In this document: piece by piece, positions 1 to 51,031 of the stretch
How positions within the stretch are numbered: position 1 is the stretch's first letter
How the letters are laid out: the number at the start of each line of letters is the position of its first letter
Origin: Octopus sinensis
Lineage: Eukaryota
Length of the DNA: 64,000 nt
Assembly (NCBI RefSeq): GCF_006345805.1
Contig: NC_043013.1
Coordinates: 15,190,001-15,254,000, forward strand
Direction: 5' to 3'
Made by a program: the position numbers and the translations under genes
Notes under the pieces: model-generated
Database searches by the model: none
The model's input: the letters and a program-made list of their open reading frames with translations, nothing else
Told to the model about the DNA's origin: nothing

Positions 1-15
1 CTGGAGAGAAAATAC
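1..15 (-). other. Probable 3' splice site (gtattttctctccag) of the next SMARCE1 exon, which would begin just outside the window
   Basis: The reverse complement of bases 1-15 is a pyrimidine tract ending CAG, consistent with the donor at 852. Confidence 0.5.
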
Positions 16-820
16 TGGGTTTACTACAGTGTTTGCAAGTGAGAGAGAGAGACAGTGATAGCAGGGAAGGAGGAGCAGAAGAGAGGTAGAGAGGTGGTGC
101 ACTAGTGGTACACAGCCTGCTAATTTAAAGAGAGAGCGAGAGAGAGAGAGAGCAAGTGTATTTGAATGTGTGGCCCTAGTGATCATGCAGTGTTGAACCT
201 AGTTGTATAAAAACAACATAGGTATGTATTAGTTAAGAACTGATGATGAAATAGTATTTAGTTCAAGGAAGGAAGTTAGTTGAGTAAACAGTAAACTTGC
301 AATGTTAATTAAAATGGGAAAAAACTTGAGTTACACCTGGAGACAAGGTATTTCATCATAAATTAAAACAACAAAAAACACAAAATGTTTTATTTTGAAA
401 CAATTAAGATATTTTCAATTGCATGATTTCTGTAAGGAGAGAGAGAGAGAGAAAGAGAGAGAGAATCAACTATTTGGTTGTGTCAGAGTTCAACCATGGT
501 TGAATAACAACAACAAAATAATAAGTAGTAGGTTTGATTGTTATACTACCTTAAAATGGAGAGCCACACTTAGCACTGACAAACATTTTGCCCACAGTCA
601 AATCATCTCAAATCTAACCTTGTATCAGACATATAAGGTAAGGTGATCATGCATTTTAGAGAGAAAATACAGTTTTAATGGATAGGGTGTCTTTTTAAAA
701 ATCAGAATGGAACACAGAAATGAATGAGAAAAAGAGGCCCTTCTTCCCCAGCAGGGTCCGTGTGACTAACAACCTACCTGTAGTGGCTGGATTGAGAGAA
801 AGAAAGAGAAAAAGAGACTC

Positions 821-38323
<37,503 letters not shown>

Positions 38324-38816
38324 AGTGAAGAATGGCTATCTGAAATGTAATACAAAAGTTACTTAAGAACTTATATTCCATAACAAACTACTACAAGAAG
38401 AGTCTATTTAGACATGGCAACATTTAACTAAAATTGCTGATATCTTATAGGTGGACACAGGATTAAGAAGTTCACTTTACAAAACACAGTTTTGGGTTCA
38501 GTCCCACTGAGCAATGCCTTGTGAATGTACTTGGTAAATGAAAGAAGCCCATCATATAATTATGCATGCACATTGTGTGTGTGTGAGTGTGTGCAAACAT
38601 GCATGAATGCTAACATTTGACAGCTTTGCTTGAGTGAAATGGTGAATGAGTTTACATTCCTTGTTTTGAAATTATGACTGTTTGCCCTGCACTTTTGTGG
38701 AATAAAAATATCCTTTACTTGAAAAGCCAACTAAGGGTTGGCAATAGTAAGAGCAATTGTCAGTAAAATCTAGCCTGATACATGCTAGTAGGAGTAAAAC
38801 AAATTTTAAACTTACA

Positions 38817-39176
38817 AAAAGCACTACCCGACCGTGTCCGTTGCCAGCGCCGCCCCGATTGGCCTCTGTGCCGGTGGCACGTAAAAAGCACCATCCGATC
38901 GTGGCCGTTGCCAGCCTTGCCTGGCCCCCGTGCCGGTGGCATGTAAAAAGCACCATCTGTCCGTGGCCGTTTGCCAGCCCTGTCTGGCACCTGTGCGGGT
39001 GGCACGTAAAAAGCACCCACTACACTCATGGAGTGGTTGGCGTTAGAAAGGGTATCCAGCCGTAGAAACACTGCCAGATCAGACTGGGCCTGGTGCAGCC
39101 TTCAGGCTTCCCAGACCCCAGTTGAACCGTCCAACCCATGCTAGCATGGAAAGCGGACGCTAAATGATGATGATGA
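38817..39176 (+). mobile_element. RTE-associated non-autonomous retroelement with internal about 60-bp tandem units and (GAT)n tail
   Basis: 3-4 units of gtggcacgtaaaaagcacc..cgtggccgttgccagc, then ggagtggttggcgttag..catccagccgtagaaac..ccaacccatgctagcatggaaagcggacgctaaatgatgatg. CpGs preserved, so young. Confidence 0.85.
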
Positions 39177-40060
39177 AAGAGGTATTATAATTGGAGAAAT
39201 GAACTGGATTGTCATTACTGCCCTTGTAAAAACAGAAACATTAAATGGTGTAAAATGTCTAGATGTGGGAAATGAAATAACATGAGCTTCAGACCAGGGT
39301 TTTACTAGGAACTTCTATTCTAGGTTTCTAAAACAAACAAAACCTAACAGTACAATAATTGAAATAAATTCTGTTGAATTAATCTGTGATTGTCATTAAA
39401 AAGACACTTTTTAGTATAACCATTCCTGTATTGCTGTAAAATGCTTTTTGTTTCTTATTAGATGATGTTTTGAAATGCGTTTTATCTTCAGCATAGATTT
39501 CAAAATTATATGGAAAACAATTATAGAAAAACAACAATGTGCATGGAACTCAGCAGAATATTGGTAAAAGATAGACTGATTATCAGAAAAGAATGCAATA
39601 CAGAAAAAAAAACCCATTTCATTTGACAATTCATTGTACAGAATATGATGGATGATTTTGTGATTTGACCTGGGATTTTAATATAAGAAATGGAAAGCTG
39701 TATGGCATGCAGAACTGCTTTTAGAAGTTGGCCTGTAAAGTGCAAGATTGCAGTCACTGATATACAGTTTATTGAAGTAGTTTGTTATAATTTTTTTAAA
39801 AGAAAGTTATAGTAATAGCTAGTATAGATGGTTATTATGTGTGCTGGGTTAAAAAAAAATGTGCCATTATTGAATTTTTCTTAACAGGTTGCTGAGGAAA
39901 TAAAAACATAAAATTGTGTCAAATTACTAAAACAATGCTTTTAAAAATGAGAAACACCATCCCCTGGGGGACAGTGGAAATTTTTACCTAAGTACTGGGG
40001 GAAAAGAGGCTACTAAGTGTGTGAAAGACACATCTTGTAATATCCCTAATATTAAAAATA

Positions 40061-40351
40061 CAGTGGAATCTTAGGTTATGAATTTGATTTGTCCCTGAAG
40101 GCTGAAATGTCTATAAAGTGAAACTATTTTTCTCATAGGAATTTCAAGAGAAGGCACAGCAAATTTGAGCAGGGATATACAGAGTGAAAACTAGACAACA
40201 ATTGATGCTCTCCTGCTGATACTCCCAGCTTGTCGTCAAATGTTGCTACTGGCTTGCATGTTCATTACTCGAGACACCATTTGTCACCCTAAACGTTTTA
40301 TCCTTGAAAAATTGTTCATAAAACCAATTTGCTTGTGATGAGGTTTCACTG
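40061..40351. mobile_element. pogo/Tigger-like MITE (TA|CAGTGGAATCTT...GAGGTTTCACTG|TA)
   Basis: TA flanks with imperfect CAGT-type TIRs. Confidence 0.65.
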
Positions 40352-41264
40352 TATTTCCAATCTTTATTCTGATTGTGAATCATCTGATTATATTATCTGA
40401 TTCAGCTACTATATTATAGTAGCTGAAATGTTGGTTTTAACACTGCATATTATATTTATGAAATGACTTGTGATGTGCAAAGAGTCATTCAATAGTGATC
40501 AACCTATTGTCTGCTATTTTTAATTACATGAACCATTGGAATAGTGTTAAAAGAGGGCAATAATTAAAAAGAAAGCTTCAGCATCACTGATCTAAATCAA
40601 TTAGAACAACCTTTATTAAAAGCTACTTTGATGAGTTAAAAAATTTCTTTTTTTTATTTGTATCACTGGTAAACATGGAATTCACATGCAAGGAAAGCAC
40701 TCAAAAGGAAGTGTATAGGTAACAAGTGCTCTAAAATCAGGTAAAACGACATTTGTTTCCAGCTGATAATCTAAGAAGAAACTGTCTGCAGTTTTATACA
40801 ACAGAAAGAAATGGTAAGAAATATTAAGATCTAGCAGGGGAGAAATAATGCATCATGAATGCCAGTTTTATTCATGCTTTCTTTTACATAAATGTAAAAT
40901 ATCGATTAATTATTTCAAGATGTCACTGAGGTGACGTCGTCATTTTTTGTCGGGGGTGGGGGTCTTAACTCGTTCATATTAATCACATCTTTTTAAGTGT
41001 AAAACAGCAACGGTAGTAGTCGCCACTGCACTAACCTGCTTACCGAGCAGATTGATAGCCTGTCACTCATACTAATTCACTTGGAGTTGATTCACTCGGT
41101 GGCTACTTTTAATGTTATGCGATCGTGTAAACTCAGAGTAACGACAGATTGAGTCAAAAGCTTCGAATGAATAAAGTTTACTATATACATTGGAGGTCTT
41201 TTTTTATTTCGTCTGAAGCTTCACAAATTGTAACAATTATTTACACTAACACATATGTTTCTAA

Positions 41265-41480
41265 TAATAGCACAAAGCTTGACTCATCATTATTCGGGGC
41301 GGGGTAGAGGAGGAATTAATAGATACCGCTTGACTCCAGTAGTTAACTGGTATTATATTTTATAGATTCCGAAAGGGTGAAAAGCAAAGTTAATCTTGAA
41401 TGTATTTGAACCTAAAAGTAAAAGAGCCAGAATATATATCGCAAGGCAGTTTGTCCGACGCATTAACGATCTGCCAATCC
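41265..41480 (-). mobile_element. SINE copy (second family), reverse orientation
   Basis: actggtattatattttatagattccgaaagggtgaaaagcaaagtt is the reverse complement of the family core. Confidence 0.6.
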
Positions 41481-44204
41481 ATAGACTGCCATTACTATAG
41501 TGAAACGATGTAGCACTGAATCAATAGCAGGTGCTATGTATAGTTAACAGTCGGTCACATAGCAGTAAACGACAGTGTATATTGAAATCCATAAGTGAGG
41601 TGGGTGGGGTGGGTGGATTAACTGGCTGCACATTCGTATATTAAATATTTGTAGAGATGAAGTAACGCTATGTCACGTGTCAAGTTTTAGTTTCTCATTG
41701 CTTATGTCACACTAAGAGAGAAAGAGGAGGTACGGGAAGGGGCAAAAAAGAGGCAGGAAGAAGAAAGCAAAATTCTAAAATAGAGAGGGCAAGAGATTGA
41801 TAGGAATAAAGATATATTCGGAAATGTTATGAAATGGTGGTGGTGGTGGTGGTAGCGGGAGACGTTGGTAAACAAAGAGAAAGAATGGAGGTAGAATTTG
41901 AGAGAAAAAAGTGTGTGTGTGTATATGAGAGAGAGAGACAAAACGAGTGAATGATAATCACGGCAAAAGGGTTAAACAAAGCGCAAAAATAATTGAAGAT
42001 AAAATGAAACCTAAAGATTGAAGCAAAAACATTAAAAATTATTGAAAGCGGGTAGAAATAAACACTACATAGTGTAGTACTACTAACGCTAGGGGATCTG
42101 TAGAAAGTTGAATGCTTGATTTCCGAATAACAGCGCAACGTTTCACTTTCACAACTGAACGAAAGCCAATCAAATGTCTATCGGCTACCGTGCAATTTAG
42201 AACAAATCAAATTAATTATATTACAGCTTTATTTATAGTATATATATAGATAGAACAAGTAAATCAATAAACTAAATACAACTAAGACAGGGGTGATGGT
42301 CCTTGACAAAGTGAAAACAGAAAGTGGGGAAAACAAGCAGCAAAACCGAGTACCAATCAATTACTCATGGAAAGTTACCAGAGTAGGTGAAAAATGGTAC
42401 GTTATACAGGACTTTTGTATGGCTAACCTTGGGTGCTGGAGCAAGGAACCCATATACGAAGCGCATAGATTAGTAGTAATTTACACATTGTTGTTTGGAA
42501 AATAAATCTCCGGGCACTTAACCACCCACTTCCAGAACAGACACCTTCCCCTATAACAGTGAACTGATAGCCCCACCAACATAAAACCACATCGACTGTC
42601 ATTTAACTTTTTGAACAGCAAAGGGACAATACAGACAATCAGCATATCAAATTGAGACATTAACCAAAATTTTATATTATGAAAAAAAAAAGAAAGAAAA
42701 AAAACAAAAAAAACATTGAAATCAATTATAGATATGAAAAAGTAGATATAAAAGTTAAGGGTTAAGTTATTCAATATATTTTAAGTATGATAGTGGTTAA
42801 GCAATATTTAAGTATACATCACTTTCACTTTTGCCGGTAAGTGGCACTTTGCTGTACTCAAGAAAACCCGTAATTCACAGCAGAATAGATACCGGTGTTG
42901 GTGCCATGTTAAAAGCACTAAGTACACTGTGGAGTGGTTGACGTTAGGAAGGGCATCCAGCCGTAGAAATCATGCCAACATGGGCAAATTGCGGTTCGCG
43001 GAACTTTCAGAACGACCCGCCCAATGAAAAATTACGTTGAATTTTTTTTTCTGTTTTATTAGTGCAGCCTGCCTGGTTGTGAAACCAGGTCTCGAGTGTG
43101 CCACTTCTACAAAAAGGCTGTTCATGCCTGTCCCGAACTGTATGATAGACTAATGACCACAGCAACTAGTTCTTTTGCATAAAGCAACGAAACAAATCCT
43201 GCAACTCTCAAAAGGAACAACCGAAGTGTCGTGAATGGTCAGGAACTTGTCTTGCAGTCTTTTTAAGTTCATTCTACTTTCTATCCCAAAGATTATCATC
43301 CCCTGGCGCCCGGAATCGACCTAAAAATACTTTCGGTCTTACTACCAATATGAAATTTTATATCCAACTTTCATTTTTGAGGCGTCGATTGTTCCGTCTG
43401 CCAAATACCACATGGCATTCTGGTTCACCGTTACTGAACTGAAACTTAATTCTTCCAAAGTAATTACGTTCGACAATGCGACGCTCGACTCTCTCTTTAG
43501 ATGAATCTGTGTTTAAAGTTACAGACTCACAAGGAACATAGACGGACGAGCGAGATATGATAGTGAGAAAAAAATTCCCTTTTTATGTTTTTCTTTTTTA
43601 AATTCTTATGAAAATTATTACTGACAGACGTTTGGAATAGTTGTCGTAGAGATACGAAGGGGAGGTGGAGATGTTAAAAACAAAACATTGGAAAAAATCG
43701 AGAAAAAAAACGGAGAAATTCCAACTTGTTTGGACAGCTATTCCGAAAGTCCACCGTTTTCCCCTTAAGCAAATTATGCCCAGTTTTCTATTCTCTGAAT
43801 GGTCGGCTTGTAGAATTCTCTTTCTGTTTAGGCCATCCCAGCAGGTGTTGATTTACAATTGTCCAAGAGGAAGATAGCATCGATTTCACTGATCTAGGAT
43901 GGCTTGCAAAAGGCCTTGGACACTGTACTTTCCTCCAGAAAAGTAAATTTCACTTTGTCAGCTAGGCAGCGAGTGGCTTACGGTATACACACACACATAT
44001 ATATATATATATATATGAACCAAACATATTGCGTGTATTTTGCATTGTCTTACTTTGGATTCGATCACACCAAAATCGCCGGCATCGGAAATACAAATAT
44101 TAACTGCAGTTTGACAAAATGGGTCACTATATATTCGAAGACTTCCCTACTTGGTTCATTTTTTTTCTCTATCTCTCAGAGTTCGTTAATCTCAAGCTAA
44201 ATTA

Positions 44205-44364
44205 CCGTATTTACTTGCGTGTAAGTCGCACTCTTAGTTTAATAAATCTTGGTACAAAATTTGTCCCTTCATAGTTTTAGCATTGCCCCACGCATAAGTC
44301 AAATTCGTTTTTTCAGTTAAAATCTATTGTAAAATAGTGCGAATTATATACGAAATAAAAATGG
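44205..44364. mobile_element. Tc2/pogo-like MITE (TA|CCGTATTT...AAAAATGG|TA)
   Basis: Imperfect about 27-bp TIRs (taagtcgcac / gtgcgaatta) and TA flanks. Confidence 0.65.
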
Positions 44365-45342
44365 TAATCATTTTTCTTTTTGGGATGAAACTCACATTGT
44401 AGCAATAATTAGTAATATAATAGTTGCATGAAAACGATTTAAAATTGAAACAAAACAGGCTCTCGAGAAGTTTATTTCCATTTTTTGTTTAGTAATAAAA
44501 GATTTGAAAATACCCGTATTTAAAAATTATAAAACACATCACCACTAAAAAGGTTTCATAGCGAATAAATAGGGTTCTCGGAGAGAAAGTTTGAAGAAAT
44601 AACGTCTAATGTAATCCTATTTTTGCCTTTCAACACCCTATCAATTTAAAATAAAAACTAGTAGCTCAAATATCATCATTAACGTTCCATCAAACCAACG
44701 AGGAAGCTTCTACATGGCAGTTTCCAGATGCTAGAAATAGAGAAATTGTCCCCAAAATCATGCCTGCTATATCTTAAAAAATAAAAAGGCAGGACACGCT
44801 GGAATAGAATAGTCCTAGATACACTTTACCTGAAACAAATAGATAAAAAGGACAAGACGTTTAGTGGTTGATTTGGAGTTAAACGACAGTAAACCATATT
44901 CTAAATGTTCCAAATTCTAATCCTATAACGAAATTTTAACTGTAATACCGATGTTGGAACTAAGAAGGCTGATGCTACTTCCAAGAATCCACAAAACGAA
45001 CTAGGGCTCTGACTTTGTCTCTCTCTCTGGAGAAAGAGGAGAAATTTATATTTCCGTGCTGATTCAAAATTAGTAATTGTGGTTATAACAATTATCTTAA
45101 ATTTTGACAGCCAACAGTGGATACTTTTGTCTTATCAGCGAACACGAATTGATTTTTGTTTTTCTATTGTATGTATACAGTGAATGGCTCAGTATAGATA
45201 TATAAAAATCGTACAGAGGTAAAAATAATCTTACCGCGAACTATTCATATTAAACAGGTATATATTATAAAATGATCAGGAAGTTAAATCTTGATCTCCA
45301 CCTAACCTATATTTCTAGTTAGCTACAAACCTAACGGAGGGA

Positions 45343-45568
45343 GGTACTACTTAAAAAGAGTGATCCCGGTGCGTGCACTCGCGTAGTCGCGCTAGCTAGT
45401 CGTGACTAGTCAACCCTAGAACGACTACCTAGCTAAGTAAATAAAACACAAAATAAAAATTTTTTTTATACAAAGTAAATAAAATACAAAAACACAAAAT
45501 AAGGATCGACTAGTCACGACTAGCTAGCGCGGATGCGCGCACCGGGACCACTCTTCTTAAGTAGTACC
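45343..45568. mobile_element. MITE-like element with long CpG-rich inverted arms
   Basis: 45343-45411 is an inverted copy of 45508-45568 (GGTACTACTTAA.AAGAGTG.TCCCGGTGCG...CGCGCTAGCTAGTCGTGACTAGTC), with an A-rich spacer. Confidence 0.8.
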
Positions 45569-46161
45569 CGGGGAAAAAAGGCAAGCTGTGATAACAATCG
45601 CCTACTAATTGTAAAATTACTAAACCAATTTTCACTATAACCATAATGGATGTGATTTTGAGAGAAAATCGGATATTTCCACCAAATAGAGGAAACATGT
45701 AGTTATTCATGTGTCATTCCTAGTGTTCTTTTTAAAGGAAAGGAAAGGCCAATTACTGCAAAATGTAGTTCAAGACACGGGCTAAAATAGAAGTAGGGTG
45801 GGGAATGAGGAAATAGTTGCGGCGAGAATCAGAGCTTAAAACACTAATGAGTCGCGTGACCTAAGGGATTCTAGAGTAAATTTTTTTTGCTGGGAAAGTC
45901 GACACTTTTTAAAAAAATTAATTAATTACTAAACAAAAAGACGATACACTTTAGCGGACAATATAATAGATTCTAGAGAAACACCTATCTCACTTCAAAT
46001 TGACTTTTTTTTTAATCGATCCGTTGCTTATATTCCAACATGATCTTATTTGATTAAAATATTATTACTGCTGCAAAAATAGTCCTCATTCGTATAATTA
46101 TTTATTGCTCGAACATCACTATTGGTTCGACTTATCCCTCTACCAAATTGTTTGTAGGGTA

Positions 46162-46362
46162 GGGCGAGCTAATGGCTGAATAGATAGAGCGTCGGGAAGA
46201 AAAATATGTCCGTCTGATTACGTTCTGAGTTCAAATCCCGCTGAGGTGTCAACTTTACCATTCATTCTTTCGAGGTTGATAAAATAAAGGACCAGTCAAA
46301 TACCAGATCAGATTCACTCGACTAACCCCTCTCTAAATTTCAGGATCTGTACCTGTTAGAAA
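46162..46362 (+). mobile_element. SINE, second family (gagttcaaatcccgc..caacttt..cattc.ttc..ggttgataaaataa..accagt core)
   Basis: B-box-like gagttcaaatccc. The same core recurs at 58862-59200 and 59650-59980 (+) and at 36230-36540 and 41265-41480 (-). Confidence 0.75.
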
Positions 46363-46440
46363 TATCATCAATATAGCATTTACAGAAATAAAGAGGAAAA
46401 ACGCAAAAATTTCTTCGCAACTTGCACGTAACACCTCAAC

Positions 46441-46654
46441 TAGAAAAAATATAATTAAAAAATATAGATCTCTCCCAAATATAATAGTCTTATTTAAACG
46501 AATATAATTTTTTTTTTAATGTAGAAATTAATATTAGTAAATTAACAAATGTACTAATATTAATTTCAACATTAAAAAAAAAAATTATATTCGTCTAAAT
46601 AAAACTGTATTATATTTGGGAGGGATCAATATTTTTTAATTATATTTTTTTCTA
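46441..46654. repeat. AT-rich near-perfect palindrome, arms about 100 bp, 12-nt spacer
   Basis: 46441-46539 is the reverse complement of 46552-46654 with few mismatches. Confidence 0.9.
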
Positions 46655-47374
46655 CATCTTATCTAGTGAAAGATTAAAGTGAAAGTAATATATCCCCCAT
46701 ATTCCACATCAGTAAACAAAGCAATATAATAAGGAAGTGTGTAGAAGAGTTTCGTTTATCGTAGGGGAAAATGTATAAATATAGGTGACTTCATTTAATA
46801 TCCATCCACGCTACATATAATTGAGGATTATTTATGTGTGTGTATATATATATCCTGGTAGTTGCATTTGATATTTAGAACGATCCCTAGTAAAATGCAT
46901 AAAAACGGAGTTCTGAAGATCAGAAACGAGATACTCAGAGTAGCTCCTCACAATATATTTTTATTTTTTCATTAAATGAAAAATAATGGTAAAATAATTT
47001 CAAGCGAATATCAAAATAGGGTGCAAACTCTGACCACTCGAATTTATCCATTAAACACATATGTGGCGCTGTTTCGCCTACTCCAACCCAACCAACATAA
47101 TTTAGACGTAAAAAAAACATGATTGTGTGTACTCAATACAAAGGAAAGGAGACCAAGAAACTCTCAGTAACTACTGAATTAAGGATCAATGTTGAATATT
47201 ATATCCATATATTGGTTGGTGCAGTGCTGTGTCGCCATACTTACATTTTATAGTAAAAAAATCGAAAAACGCTTTATGATGCAACACCATTTCCTTAGAA
47301 ATGACAGGACGGGCACTGACCAAAAATATTTCATTTTTAATTATTTTACTTCACAGTCAGCAATGTAACATTTT

Positions 47375-47655
47375 AAATATATATATATATAAAGTAAGAT
47401 ATGGGTTATGAATGTAACCCACTAAGGGATATCAATTATCCAATATACTGTTTGTAAATTACCCAAATTCTTAATACATAAATGCTTTTAATTGCAATGC
47501 AATTAATTCATTTATAAATATATATATATATAAAGTAAGATATGGGTTATGAATGTAACCCATTAAGGGATATCAATTATCCAATATACTGTTGGTAAAT
47601 TATCAAATTCTTAATACGTAAATGCTTTTAATTGCAATGCAATTAATTCATTTAT
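47375..47655 (+). repeat. Direct tandem duplication, 2 x about 140 bp
   Basis: (TA)n-aaagtaagatatgggttatgaatgtaaccc...aattaattcatttat occurs at 47375-47515 and 47516-47655. Confidence 0.92.
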
Positions 47656-47721
47656 TGTATTAAATGGGTCGAGGTAAAAAAATATTTTTACCGTAAATTT
47701 ATAATACAAATAAGAAAATGG

Positions 47722-47820
47722 AGAAACAAATTCCATCTCGTTCATCAACTTACGGATATTACAATTTTAATGGAAAATTGTAATATCCATAAGTTGATGA
47801 ACGAGATGGAATTTGTTTCT
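47722..47820. repeat. Palindrome, 47-bp arms, 5-nt loop, one mismatch
   Basis: agaaacaaattccatctcgttcatcaactta.ggatattacaatttt-aatgg-reverse complement. Confidence 0.93.
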
Positions 47821-47945
<125 letters not shown>

Positions 47946-48114
47946 ATACAATAAGAGGCTTCCAAATAGGAAAGCGTTGTGCTAGCACACTAAAAAGGGA
48001 TAAATTCACGAAAGGAATGAAAGGTAAATGTTTTTAATTTTCATTCCTTTCGTGAATTTATCCTTTTTTGTGTTCTAGCACAACGCTTTCCTATTTGGAA
48101 GCCTCTTAATGTAT
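47946..48114. repeat. Palindrome, about 77-bp arms, about 16-nt loop
   Basis: taagaggcttccaaataggaaagcgttgtgctag...cacgaaaggaatgaaa and its reverse complement at about 48039-48114. Confidence 0.93.
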
Positions 48115-48499
48115 TTCTATATGAATAATATATAGTCTATTGACTAATTCGCTTTTTGTGCTAGGCCACTGGTAATAACAATTTATTATTACCCTATTTT
48201 ATTATATATATATATATATATGGGACAAATCATTAATCTTTTGGGAGAAGCTGGCATGAAGGGGGAGAAAAAAAAACTGAAGGATTTGTTAATGAAAATT
48301 TGATAGCTGTGAGTAATATAGCAAAACTTGGTTTGAAACATTAGATAATTCTTATCGCGGAAGATCAACACTCCCCATAACATTTCATATATATTCCAAT
48401 CCATATGTCTTCGTTTCCCCCGCTCCATTGTTGGTTAACAAAGGGAATAGGCATTTATCTCAGGAAAAGCATTAGATTAGATTAAATATTTGGTTACAT

Positions 48500-49520
48500 G
48501 CATTGAAATTGAAGGAAACAAATAGTTTTACGAAATATACATATATATTTATACTCACCCGCTAATTTATATTACAAATACTGGTTTTAAAATTTACATT
48601 TGAATCGCATAAAAATATTTAAAACAGGCGAACGGAACAATGGCTGATGTTCGCCCGACGTTCGCTATTCTCGGAGAAGACTATTTTTCCGAAAATTAAT
48701 TGATATTATTTTATAATAATCGTTGTATTTATTCACCTAAACCAATAAAATTTGTCAAAAGTAAAGGTGTATTGGATTTATTTGAAGTGTTATAGGAAAA
48801 AATTACTAAAAAAAAAATATCAGCAGTAACTTTAGAGCTTAAAGGGAAATCTCGTTCGGACGTTATCAGACTAAAATTGGCGGCAAAAGTAATGAAAGAA
48901 AAATACGAATTTTAACTGACTTTTGTACACTTTTTAGCAGGTTTTAAATCATGTCGTTATTTTCCGCCGAATATTGTGTTTGAATTTTTAAAAAAATTAT
49001 ACATATGTATTTCAATGTATTTATTCATTTATTTTATTTTCTGAAAGCAAATAAGTTTATTCAAAACATTGTCACAACTACGAAAATACATACCAGACGA
49101 TAACAAACACATGGACGAACAACATCGAGTTTATTATTAAAATCGGCAACAAAATATAGGATTGTTTAAAAGTACTGAATCTTAAATATTACACGCAGGT
49201 ATAGTTTACGACAGTTTTGATATTATACAGTGAAATATCTTTGATATATTTTAAGAATTATTACATTTTTTAACCATATCCATGGAGTTTAATCATTTCT
49301 GATTTCCACCACGTTCATAAACTTTGCGGTTTTCTTTTTAGTAATTGAATATCTCTTTTAGATTTTAATATCAGAAGTGCCCCGCTCCTCGTTTTGTTTT
49401 ATAATGAAGCTTAACCTATAAAAAACCGTTGAGAACTTAGACCAAATAATGTTTTTCAGACTGAAAAAAACACTTTTGTATCTGATTTACCGTCTAAAAT
49501 GGCTGCTTTATTTTTGTTTT
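48500..49520. promoter_or_regulatory. Candidate bidirectional promoter region for SMARCE1 (-) and TOPBP1 (+)
   Basis: CpG-retaining unique sequence. Minus-strand donor GCGG|GTGAGT at 48558, E2F-consensus TTTGCCGC (minus, 48880-48887), CHR-like TTTGAA (48979-48984), plus-strand CAG|GTATAG near 49198, YY1-like AAAATGGCTGC (49496-49506). Confidence 0.4.
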
Positions 49521-50683
49521 ACCCTTTTTCTCTTCCCCCGTTATGTTTGACAACATTTTTGACAAATACCTGATTGTATCATTTAAATCGTAGGCCTCAG
49601 GTTTAAATTAAACAGACCTATGTCTAGAGGCGTTCAAGATGTGACCATCGCGTATTATTTATTCATAAAGTGTGTTTAGGATCACATTATTCAATATCTT
49701 TTCCCTGTTTCGAAAACATTTGGCTGCTATTTCTGTCAGGTTGAATAACTGCATAACGTGGTGTTTTAGCCACAGGTCAGCCTATGATCATAGACCTTCC
49801 AGCCATGACGATCATGTCATTTATTTTTTCTTAACGCATCTATGACGGAAATGTCTTCCCATCGTTGTGTTGTTTACTCTCCTGTCAGAGCTATAATCAA
49901 AGACAGTCCAACCGTAAACTTCCCCATCTATTCAGATAATTGTATCTAAGACTACATCATGTCCTTGATTTTTAAGGTGGTAGGATTATAAATTTTGAGC
50001 AGATCGAGCAACTGTATCTAGATTCCTAGTTGTTTAGCCCAAGGTTAGACCTAGACCACGCTAACAACTTTTTTTAAGCATAGTATACTTCGGACTACAT
50101 TATCTAGTTTGTTTTTTCTTTAAGCTTTCGGGTATAAGGGGAATTTGACTGCAGTTTCTAGTAGATTTAGAGAACATGTGTAGACTTCATCTTTCCTCAG
50201 AGTAGAAAGATTCTAAGCTCCAACTCTTGTATGATCAGTGAGAATCCAGCCGTGACAGTGCCATCTTATTCAAATAGTATTGTTTCCGAAAGTCCTTCCC
50301 ATTTTCAAGACGGTCGAATGAAATTTGATTGCTATTTCTAACCTGTGTCGTTTGCACGCAAGATAGTTGTTTTTTAACCCCAGGTCAGCCCTGATCGACC
50401 AGATTGTTCTGTCTTTATTTAATGTGTCCTTTCCTTTTTGAAAGACAATAGGAAGTAATTTGAGGGAAATTTGACCTCAACTATTAACCAGTTGTGCAAC
50501 CCACATAGAGATTGTCTTGTTCTTTCGCAAGACTGTTATCGGCAGGTTGTTATTACGGTGTCGGTCTACTGTCCGAAAGGTCAGATTTTTTTTTTACTGG
50601 TACTCTCTCTACTGATGCAGATCTCCCATAGTTCCGAGAGAGTTTGGCAAGAATTCTCATAGTTCTGAGATAAATTTTTGTAT

Positions 50684-50967
50684 TTATAAGCCATTTAAGA
50701 AACACACAAAAACCGTTAGATTCACTTCCACATTTAAATTTAATTTGTCAAAATATTTTCGTCGTTTTGAGACCGTTTGTCAGCGAACAGGTCGCGGTCT
50801 CAAAGGGACGAAAATATTTTTGACACATTAAATTTAAATGTGGAAGTGAATCTAACGGTTTTTGTGTGTTTCTTAAATGGTTTATAAACACCTTCCACGC
50901 TGCAATTGTTTTCATTTCAGCACACGATCCCAGATCTGGTCACTTGCTATGCAAGTACATCTCCGTA
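50684..50967 (+). mobile_element. Penelope-like inverted (pLTR-type) remnant with a degenerate minimal hammerhead motif
   Basis: About 93-bp inverted arms at 50683-50775 and 50795-50888, plus a unique tail. Direct repeat aaatttttgtat at 50672-50683 and 50968-50979. Hammerhead-like layout at 50776-50826. Confidence 0.6.
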
Positions 50968-51031
50968 AAATTTTTGTATATTTGCCGTATTTACCGGCAT
51001 AGCAGAATACTGGTATATTTTGTGGCACAAC

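Noticed and set aside
38672-39071. 100-aa ORFs with repeated motifs and CRISPR-like periodicity
   Set aside because: These are tandem units of a retroelement. There are no unique spacers or cas genes, and the DNA is eukaryotic.
45225-45260. Minus-strand donor GCG|GTAAGA as a SMARCE1 UTR exon
   Set aside because: A lone splice-like motif that cannot be distinguished from chance without transcripts.
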